From NCBI GenBank assembly GCA_040954595.2, contig CM082594.2, positions 2,188,247-2,252,246 on the forward strand: DNA of 64,000 nt. The letters run 5' to 3'. This stretch comes from Balanoglossus misakiensis (taxonomy: Eukaryota; Animalia; Hemichordata). Both the position numbers and the translations under genes were made by a program. The notes beneath the pieces are model-generated. The model was not told the DNA's origin. It searched no databases and saw nothing but the letters and a program-made list of their open reading frames with translations. Of this stretch, positions 50,401 to 58,864 are shown piece after piece. The number at the start of each line of letters is the position of its first letter. The stretch's first letter is position 1.

Positions 50401-53400
50401 CTTCCTGGGCACTTATTTCCCTGTTGTGCAGATATACACCACCTAACTCTTTCATGGCAGACTTTGCATCCACATTTCCTTCTTTGTAAGCCTCTTTCCG
50501 TGCATGTTCCAAGAGTAAACCCATTTCTCTTTCTGCCTTAGATATGTATGACACAATGTACACAACACAGGCATAAGCATCCACAACAAACTGAATGTCC
50601 ATATTTGCATTCCAGGAACGAAGGAGGTTGGCATTATATTGATTCACCCAAACATCACTTGGCTCACGTTTTAGAACTACACTGGTCTTTTTGGCCAACA
50701 TTGCATGTGCTTGCTCAAACATCTCTTGAGATATGCTGACTGCATTGAACAAGTCATCAATAGTTTCAATTGGTTTATCTTTGTCACACAGGCATGTCCA
50801 AACTCGTTCTAAAATTTGTCTAGCCTTCATCTCACCTAATGCTGTATCATCCAACTGAGGCAAATCAATTTCACATTCATTTTTCTGTAATGTTGTGACC
50901 TTAGCATCCTTACAATTCCCATTCTCATCTGTTCCTTCTTCATCAGTATCTACAGATTTGCTTACATAAGGACGGCATAGAAAGGTTTGCTCTGAAGGTG
51001 GTCGGGGAAAGTTGAATCTACATGAAGTACCCTTTTTCTTGCAAGATTTTGAATGCCTTGAGCTGTGTTTCTGGACAGTGTTAACAATGTCGTTTAATAC
51101 CTCATCGTCCTCTACGGAAGGCATTTTACATGTTACGTATGTGTCAACAAAATCAACAACATCTTCATCAGAATCTTTGTCCACTTTAGGTGCATTTTCA
51201 ACCCAAAATAAACAGTGAGTGTGCGGTGATCCACGCTGTTGAAACTCGACTCGATAAAAATAATCTTTGATCTTCCCAATAGGACTAGCTGGTGACATAA
51301 TTACATCAGTCAAAAAACAATGAAATCTGTGATCAAACATTCTGGCTGCTGTCACAGGGTTTCGTCTCAAGATAGCACATTTCTCAGACCAATCAAGATC
51401 CTCAACATTACAAGTGTCACCTTCTTCACGAAGTATAGTCTCAACAACCTCTTTCCACCTTAAGTCAGCAGCAGAAAATGAGCAGAACCATGTTGGTATA
51501 CCTAACTGTCGGATCATTGCAAACAAATCTTTCTGTGTGGCCTGCCAATAAGGGGGAGTTCCTCTTACAGGTTTCAGAAACTTATAACCTTCATCACACT
51601 TCAAAATCTCTTTCAAAGATTGTCCATCAGTCAGAACATCAGATGTCACCTTTTTGCCACAAGCATTGGCAGTTCCTTTTCTCAAAGGGATTGACACATT
51701 TGATACAACCTGGTCCAGTTCTGAGCGATATTGGGAATAAAATATATAGTCTGTGCTTTTTGCAAACCTATTACTTGCATTCATGAGACGACTCTGCAGG
51801 TATCGTCCTATTGTTATCTTAACCTCTCGGTCATCGTAAAATGTTGGTGACCCCGTTGGGAATATCACAGGAAAGCACTTTGCCTCATTGAACTTTTCCA
51901 TCAACACTCTAACAGGTTTATTATCCTCTGCAGGAGCAACACAAGCAATATCGTCAAAGTGATAATCAAGAATATCCTGACCAATGTCAACTGGTTGAAA
52001 GCATGTGTCCATGAATATTCCATCAGTATCTTTTTCAGGCTCAACTCCATATTCTGTGTCTGATGCTACATCATTGCCCTCAGTATCTGGAGTTTTTTCT
52101 TCAGTATTTCCATTACTTTCACCATCAATTTTTTCTTCAATCTTTTCAAGAGTATTTTCCCAAGTGAGATTGAATTTCACATCATTATACCACTTGTTAT
52201 TTTTCTGTAGGTATTCCAGTGCATTTTGGATGTGTCCTTTGTTTACAAATTGATACTGATAACAACCTTTGTAACTTAATTTCCGCTTTAATTTCACCTT
52301 TATCCTCTGGTCATCCAATTCACCTCTAGGCAAAACACTTGTGGTCTTTTGTATATTAGATGGGACACATACTACAGGTCCATGAACACCATTCTGACCA
52401 CCTTTTGGCAGTGCCATCATTTTCATGAAAGGAATATGCAGTGCAATTAAATGTTGCTCTAAAGAATTCAGGCATTTTAATTCATTAGGGATTGGTTTGA
52501 CATCAAGATTATTTGCAGCAGCTTGAACAGGCATTTCTGCACGCATGAGTTTGCTATGGCATGTGTGACAAATCCATAATTTACTGGCTGCACTGCTCTT
52601 GAGGGGACAATCAACAATACATAAGTTACTGCAGTTGTGTACATAATCTTCTGTTATGCATTTCTTGGCATTCATTTCACAAAACACATTTCTGGACACA
52701 TATTTATCCATGTTACAAACAAGGACCTGCTTTCGAAAAAGTCGCCGGTGACAAACTGAACATACACAATTTGGCCCAACTGAAATCTGATTCCTAAAAT
52801 CAATTATAACATCTTCTATATTTTGCTTTTTCATTTTCTTTACTTTCCCGGCAATACGACTTCTCTCTAATACGGTCTCTTTATAATGCTGATCCTGCTT
52901 GTACCGTTCTAAACATTGCTTCCTCTGATGTCTTTGAAAATGCTCATCTTTCCGATACTTATCAACACATTGTGCTGCGCTGTGACTTTTCTTGCGTTCT
53001 CGGAACTTCTCATCTTTTTTGTACTTATCAACACATTGTGCTGCGCTCTGACTTTTCTTGCGTTCTCGGAACTTCTCATCTTTTTTGTACTTATCAACAC
53101 ATTGTGCTGCGCTCTGACTCTTCTTGCGTTCTCGGAACTTCTCATCTTTTTTGTACTTATCAACACATTGTGCAGCGCTCTGACTCTTCTTGCCTTCTCG
53201 GAACTTCTTATCTTTTTTGTACTTGTCAACACATTGTGCTGCACTCCGTCTCTTCTTGTGTTCTCTGTATAGTGGGTTATTTTTATATTTTGCCACACAC
53301 TGTTCTGAACAAAGAGTTTTCTGTGCTTCACGAAATACTAAATCACAATTGTATCGTCCGGTCAGTCTACGTTTTTTCTCTTCTCTATATAGTACATCTT

Positions 53401-54826
53401 CGTGGTACCTCTTTCTACTGTCCAATTTTATGTTGCTTCTATATTCAGAATTAGTCTGATAACGTTCACATTGTTTAGCTGCTTTAGAGCTCTTCACAAT
53501 ACTGGATACATTTAATTCATTCAATTTAGTTTTTTGAATTTCATACTTTCCACGCCTGAGTTTCTTTTTCAGCCGTTCACCCTTGCCTCTACTACATTTC
53601 TTACCTCTTACTGATTCAAGACACTGAAGTTCATCATGTGTTGCAAATACTTCTAAATGGACGGCTTTTTTCAAACCATTCTGTGTTGAGCTCCTATCGT
53701 CCGTCACATCCATGCACTCTCCAGTCACAATCTCAACAGGGACAACTTCATTGCAATCAATGTGTGTACAATGACAGGTTTCCAACTGTGGTGTCTTCAC
53801 ACACTCAACTACTTCATAATGGTTTCTATTACGATGGTTCAGGTATATACCTACACCTCTATCAACATTATTTTTATTGATTATATTACAAGAATGTTTC
53901 CACCAACTATCGAAACTGTACACGAAAATATTCACATTGAAGAGACTAGTAGTGGCAAGGATTTCAGTTTCTGTAGCCCATGTTCCTAGATGATCCATTC
54001 TGGACTTCTCAATATAATCAGCAACTGATGTATATCCATCTAACCTTACCCAGCCTGAATATACTTCCTCATTGGCTTTCAAGTGATTCACAATGGCCGT
54101 TCGAATAACTCCGTGATTTCGCTCAGTCCCACTTAAACAATATGACAAAGACCTAAAAAAACAGTTACCATCACCAATTATTGACTTGTAATTACATGGG
54201 TCTCCAATTGTAACACTTCCGACTTTATTTAAAATATCAATTTTATTTTTATCTACAATATCAAATTTGCAACACAGCTGTTCACATACATCAAAAGTTA
54301 GTGGAGAGAATGAATAAACACTGTCCTCTGTTCCACTACCAATATATAGGTCGTCCAATGAATCATTGTCAAGACTATGTTGTTGCAGAATTTCATTACT
54401 TCCTTCAGTCTTATCAACACTTTGATTTTCAGTCTCAAATATCTCATTGTTGACTTTTGTACTTTCATTTTGTCTGTCACTTTTTCTGATTTTATCTATA
54501 TTCCTGTTTTTAGAGAGGGCAGGCCCCTCTTTGTATTCATTTCTATTCCTGTTTTTAGAGAGGGCAGGCCCCTCTTTGAATTCATTTCTATTCCTGTTTT
54601 TAGAGAGGGCAGGCCCCTCTTTGAATTCATTTCTATTCCTGTTTTTAGAGAGGGCAGGCCCCTCTTTGAATTCATTTCTATTCCTGTTTTTAGAGAGGGC
54701 AGGCCCCTCTTTGTGCTCTATAGCTATCCTGTTTTTCAAGAGGACAGGATCCTCAGACACAACAGCATCTTCATTCTTCTGACTCCTCTTCTTCCTCCAG
54801 TATCTACTGCGTGGCATCTGGAACAA
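47486..54826 (-). CDS. Helentron (Helitron2) transposase: OTU-like protease - Cys-rich region - HUH Rep - Pif1 helicase - AP endonuclease; first ATG at 54817
   Basis: Uninterrupted 2446-codon ORF. OTU GDGNCFFRSLS...WATETEI...HYE. Rep motifs WFCSFSAAD, VEFQQRGSPHTH, YIVSYISKAE. Pif1 motifs GGAGTGKS, IIDEISMV, GDFYQLPPV, EIMRQ, RQFPLKLAWACTVHKVQG, GQAYVALSR. APE motifs HNVEG, LTETW, YRPP, GDFNED, LIDHVY. Confidence 0.96.
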   Translation of the reverse strand: MFQMPRSRYWRKKRSQKNEDAVVSEDPVLLKNRIAIEHKEGPALSKNRNRNEFKEGPALSKNRNRNEFKEGPALSKNRNRNEFKEGPALSKNRNRNEYKEGPALSKNRNIDKIRKSDRQNESTKVNNEIFETENQSVDKTEGSNEILQQHSLDNDSLDDLYIGSGTEDSVYSFSPLTFDVCEQLCCKFDIVDKNKIDILNKVGSVTIGDPCNYKSIIGDGNCFFRSLSYCLSGTERNHGVIRTAIVNHLKANEEVYSGWVRLDGYTSVADYIEKSRMDHLGTWATETEILATTSLFNVNIFVYSFDSWWKHSCNIINKNNVDRGVGIYLNHRNRNHYEVVECVKTPQLETCHCTHIDCNEVVPVEIVTGECMDVTDDRSSTQNGLKKAVHLEVFATHDELQCLESVRGKKCSRGKGERLKKKLRRGKYEIQKTKLNELNVSSIVKSSKAAKQCERYQTNSEYRSNIKLDSRKRYHEDVLYREEKKRRLTGRYNCDLVFREAQKTLCSEQCVAKYKNNPLYREHKKRRSAAQCVDKYKKDKKFREGKKSQSAAQCVDKYKKDEKFRERKKSQSAAQCVDKYKKDEKFRERKKSQSAAQCVDKYKKDEKFRERKKSHSAAQCVDKYRKDEHFQRHQRKQCLERYKQDQHYKETVLERSRIAGKVKKMKKQNIEDVIIDFRNQISVGPNCVCSVCHRRLFRKQVLVCNMDKYVSRNVFCEMNAKKCITEDYVHNCSNLCIVDCPLKSSAASKLWICHTCHSKLMRAEMPVQAAANNLDVKPIPNELKCLNSLEQHLIALHIPFMKMMALPKGGQNGVHGPVVCVPSNIQKTTSVLPRGELDDQRIKVKLKRKLSYKGCYQYQFVNKGHIQNALEYLQKNNKWYNDVKFNLTWENTLEKIEEKIDGESNGNTEEKTPDTEGNDVASDTEYGVEPEKDTDGIFMDTCFQPVDIGQDILDYHFDDIACVAPAEDNKPVRVLMEKFNEAKCFPVIFPTGSPTFYDDREVKITIGRYLQSRLMNASNRFAKSTDYIFYSQYRSELDQVVSNVSIPLRKGTANACGKKVTSDVLTDGQSLKEILKCDEGYKFLKPVRGTPPYWQATQKDLFAMIRQLGIPTWFCSFSAADLRWKEVVETILREEGDTCNVEDLDWSEKCAILRRNPVTAARMFDHRFHCFLTDVIMSPASPIGKIKDYFYRVEFQQRGSPHTHCLFWVENAPKVDKDSDEDVVDFVDTYVTCKMPSVEDDEVLNDIVNTVQKHSSRHSKSCKKKGTSCRFNFPRPPSEQTFLCRPYVSKSVDTDEEGTDENGNCKDAKVTTLQKNECEIDLPQLDDTALGEMKARQILERVWTCLCDKDKPIETIDDLFNAVSISQEMFEQAHAMLAKKTSVVLKREPSDVWVNQYNANLLRSWNANMDIQFVVDAYACVVYIVSYISKAEREMGLLLEHARKEAYKEGNVDAKSAMKELGGVYLHNREISAQEAVYRVCGLKLKQSSRKVQFIPTGENQIKMSLPLKAIQKKMKGDDLDEDEIWMNSIVDRYKNRPNGVGFDNMCLATFCSEYRVVSKSEMKNVSNDKRRSPIVKLKNDVGYMQKRSKSDGAVVRYARFSVTKNPEKHYGSILQLFLPYRTESQLKPSGFESYEDFYWLGAVKCGYASLEKVKVIVDANKALFETDADAIDIAEQILDENGPLEDAWAQICPESELERSECIEEGKRCSGDDPVDDDDIPDLVQKPKGDDCHVEVSSSSVKKDEVEAMCRSLNKKQAEVFYTVRKWCLDKSNGKNPEPFYLFVTGGAGTGKSHLIKAIYHEAKRILARAMPDIDGISIALTAPTGVAAFNIQGTTLHHIFSIAVDSKLPYQPLREEKLNTLRCKFGNLQILIIDEISMVDKKLLYYVHGRLQQIKQLSTYSPFGNVCVIAVGDFYQLPPVKASPLCIDQESINLWNDNFSIIELTEIMRQKDCAFAEALNRVRVHKKGDTLNPGDVAMFQKCVTGETSEAMHVFATNAEVNRCNVEMLHSQCSDPVCIEAEDFSRNPKTGRLEKKEGHHVKVYRTTLPKTLTLAVGARVQLTHNIDVADGLVNGVFGTVCHIAVKPNEKFPAAIYVVFDNEKVGQGLRKKKPITISDLPANSTSIEPQEMSVASNGGIRRQFPLKLAWACTVHKVQGLTVEKAVVSLKKMFAPGQAYVALSRVTSLDGLIINDFNKSSIYCNEKVQEALETMPKLLLKCTQKEQSNYTCSFVLHNVEGLVNHIKDICNDSEYLEADFICLTETWLSEKGTHCNLQLSGYEFNHQPQSQSYNQFDTNTSSLQLQQRGGVGVYSKICNDCEILHLAVCNLECISFYVAKINVTVAVVYRPPSYKAEVFKKSLVCLVKAMEKYPGGKLIMGDFNEDILTRSSLVKFMEDHGFRQTVSEPTTEANTLIDHVYVKEVENVTVNVVPKYFSFHEAISIKI
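52940..53310 (-). repeat. In-frame 66-bp (22-aa) coding repeat KKSQSAAQCVDKYKKDEKFRER, ~5-6 copies
   Basis: 66-bp period (e.g. acacattgtg at 53031 and 53097). Confidence 0.92.
54495..54750 (-). repeat. In-frame 45-bp (15-aa) coding repeat KEGPALSKNRNRNEF, 5 copies plus a degenerate one
   Basis: Direct reading of DNA and translation. Confidence 0.95.
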
Positions 54827-55199
54827 AGCAAATATACTGTCTAGTTAGGTTTTTACTATCCTTTCACCACCAGACTTCAGATAACCTTCTCATCAAATCA
54901 CATCACTAGTGATTATAACCAGTAAAAAGTAGTGGAACTTTTAACAGACAGAAGTGATTTATAGAAACTTAGTCCGAACAAAGTTGTAATTCAACAGCAA
55001 CACATAATACACACATATCCCCATGCCTGTATACAAATAGACACATATACACACAAAGTATCACAGACACACTTTTTTTCTGCTGGAAAACAGGATAAGG
55101 CTTAAATCCTGACCCCTGCATGACCTAACATTCTGGCATTCACATTAGAATGTGCTCAGACAAATCTCAGATCTGAGTGAAATTTTCTTTAAAAATCAT

Positions 55200-55765
55200 T
55201 TCCACTATTTAGCAATATCAAGTCCAAGTACGATAGGCATACATGTATGAATTTGCACAGACATAAACAAATACACGGACACCCCAACATCCACCGTGTA
55301 CAGACCTGACCCTGAATGACCCGACATTTTCCCATTTACGTTGCAATGTACTCAGACAAATGTGAATAAAATTTCACTTCAAAACCATTTCTACCAGTTA
55401 GCAATATCAAGTCCAAGTACAATGATAGGCATACATGTATGAATTTGCACAGACATAAACAAATACACGGACACCCCAACATCCACCGTGTACAACCAAA
55501 TAAGGCTACAGACCTGACCCTGAATGACCCGACATTTTCCCATTTACGTTGCAATGTACTCAGACAAATGTGAATAAAATTTCACTTCAAAACCATTTCT
55601 ACCAGTTAGCAATATCAAGTCCAAGTACGATAGGCATACATGTATGAATTTGCACAGACATAAACAAATACACGGACACCCCAACATCCACTGTGTACAA
55701 CCAAATAAGGCGTCAGACCTGACCCTGAATGACCCGACATTTTCTCATTTTCATTATGTACTCAT
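55200..55765. repeat. ~200-bp tandem repeat, 3 copies, upstream of the Helentron ORF
   Basis: agcaatatcaagtccaagtac at ~55211, 55401 and 55608. Confidence 0.9.
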
Positions 55766-55929
55766 ACAAATCACAAACGATTGTTATAGACCTGATTTAC
55801 ACTTAACAATTTAATATACAAGTTCAATAACAAGGCAGGGATATCAAGAAACATACATCATACCAATGTTTTATTGAAGCCACTGTTGTAAGAAATGGCA
55901 CTATCCAATGGTCTTAACACCACATAGCA

Positions 55930-56971
55930 CAGGGCTCGAAATTAACGGTGGTCTTGCGTCCAAAGACCACCACATTTTCATTTTGGACCACCACATTTGA
56001 AAAATTGGTGGTCCATTTGGACCACCAATTATAATTCGTTCGTCTTCAGTGCTTAGATAGTTCGGTAAGAGGAATGATTTAGCGATAGTTCACTTCCGTA
56101 TATTTCAGGACCGCAATATCCCTAACGCTCCTCCCAGCTGTCACTTATCAACCCGCATGACCATATACGTGAACAAAGACCCGTTTCATGTAACCCATAT
56201 ACAAGTAAGCAATGGAACTATATTTTCAGGGTAGCCTTGAAACTACTGTGACGTTTAGCAATACTATTGGGCATCACCATTGGAAACGCAGTGTGTCTAT
56301 GTACATTATGCTAACGCAAGTCCGTCAATGGAATAACTGTAATGTCAATAGAGTTCTTTTGACATGCAGAGTCGCGGTTTATGGGGTCGCGTTTGATATT
56401 TTATGTTTTACGTGCAGTGCACGCAAAGAGCCAAATAAAATTGCGTGAAATTGTATTTGAATTACGTGCAACAAAATAGCAATAGACAAGCAGGCTTTCA
56501 TAAACATCGACTTGAATGAGTTCTCCCTTCATGTCTAGACGGCCCAACACAAAAAAATCATTTACAATGTAGCGAATAAAGTACATAAACATCATGAATG
56601 AAAGAGATCGTGTCGCAAGTGGTTCCCCCCCCCCCCCCAATACGCATTAGTACAGACAAGGTAGCGAATTCGTGTGTTATATCATCAAGGAAAATGACCC
56701 AGAAGCCCTAATTGCTTTGTTATATCTAATGGCTTCTGCGTGCATAAATTATAGCGCCGACACGTCCTAAGTTTGTGGCCTAGGTTACCGCACGTACATC
56801 ACTGTGCGTCCTGCTATGTGCATACAAGCGCGCGTACGCGTACATGTAGACTTTAAGTTACGACTTACATGTTTCATTGGTGTGACCACCAAATTTAGTT
56901 TTGGACCACCACATTTTTATTTGTGGTGGTCCACTTGGACCACCACATTAAAAATTTAATTTCGAGCCCTG
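55930..56971. mobile_element. Non-autonomous hAT-like (hAT5-type, 5-bp TSD) element
   Basis: TIRs cagggctcgaaatta / taatttcgagccctg. TSD TAGCA at 55925-55929 and 56972-56976. Subterminal ggaccacc repeats at both ends. Confidence 0.85.
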
Positions 56972-58864
56972 TAGCACAATGATTGTTCTGCACATACAAG
57001 TCCCTTCCTTTCTGATGTATTCAATAAACACCATTTCTATGAACTATTACAATATGTTTTTCTTCCGTCACCCCTGAATAACAAATTCAAAGAAATGGGC
57101 TAGTGCTTTTACATGTTAACAGACGGTGCATGGAAGTGGACAATCATCCTATCTGATATTAAACCACAGTGTGACTGATAGTAGAACTAAGCAATTCCTC
57201 CGCAAATGATTTAAAAGGCTAATTCACATTTGACACAATGCACACCTGAGTGTGTTAATCTATGATACTATGCACTGTTGTGCACCAACACTCACCTTGA
57301 AAACTCTTTGGTAGCCAAAATCTGTCAAGAAAATAATAAATAATAATTAATAACTAATTAACTATAAATGTATATTTAAACTAGTACATGAAAATATACA
57401 ATTGCCTACAAACAGGATAACAATTAACAATGAATTCACTGCCAAGCTTGTGATATTCAGAAATTCATATCTTGATCACAGTTTCCATACAAATGGCACA
57501 TACAGGTTACCACAGATTGATAACATAACTTGTCTTGCCCACAACATAGTTTCATGGCATCAAAATATGTTTACAAGTCAACTGTTCTTTTCATGCTCCT
57601 GCCAGATTCCATTGTCTATGTTTTGGCACACCTGTCACCACCAGAAAGCATACACACTAAAGACAGTGGTCACCAAAAATATTTGGCCAATTCTACGCTT
57701 GTCCCCACATTTTTACAAACAACTAAAACGTCAAATAATCCAGCAATGTTTCTGTTTTGTACTCACACAGATTGTTCAATATTTGAAGCAAAATTCCTTT
57801 CAATTATCAAAAAACAAATCGATTTAACTGATAAAAATTACAATGATAACCCCTGGGCTTTTGATCACATAAACATACAATATTCACATAAATAAATGCA
57901 GTATTTACGTATTTGGAAAACCAATCCATAAATATCACACAGTTAATTTTTTTTTACAAATACACATCCCAGAAATAATACTTTACCAACGCTTGTACGT
58001 AACATACGCATGACACAGCGATCGCCCGAATTCAACACTTCCGGTCACGAGATTCGCTTGCCTAAACCCTTTCCAGTCTAAATAATCATTTGTACATTGA
58101 CTGCAAAAAGAAGCTTATCTCGTAATTTCAACTTGAATGGAACTCACTAGAAACTCTGATTTACCCAGCCTCTAATTGTTCTATTTAATCCAGCAAACTC
58201 CACCATCTCAACATATATAACATTTGCCAAAACATGCATGCTTACGGTACCATGGATTCTTTACATACAGTAAGCAATCTCGACACGTTACGATAGCCGC
58301 CATATTGGAATTCGCTCGAGACGAAAATACAAAACATCTTACAAAACTGCCATCGTCTCACAAACAAACAAAATCACACTACCATTGGTTAAACAACAAC
58401 TTCATAACCAACATCACCAAGTATTATACGTTCAAACCACCGATTCTCTCATTCGTACCACATTTAAAAACCGCATGTAATTGTATACGTGTTACTCACC
58501 GGATTCAGGTCAACGCCTCTGCTGGAGTCAGATTCGTTTTCGGATTCAAGTGCGTAGGATGAAGTTGCTTTCAGATTCATACCCCATAGACGTGTTGGGT
58601 TAACACTCCGTTTATACAGCTCAATATATTGGTATATCTATACTACATCCTCTTCACAGTTAACGAATGTAATATACAGATCTGTTCACTTAAATAAAGA
58701 TATGTTTATTGCCAAACAAATACCTTTGTCAAAACTTTCACTGATTCAGATGAAAATTTTCAACTATTTACAACCAATCCACACATCACTTGTGACTAAT
58801 TAACCAATCACATAATGTGTCCATTCTAACTTTGTATTTCGCCCTCAACTACTGCATGTGTAAT

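Noticed and set aside
52909-54844. Overlapping and antisense ORFs across the transposase repeats
   Set aside because: By-products of 45-bp and 66-bp periodicity in stop-poor repeats.
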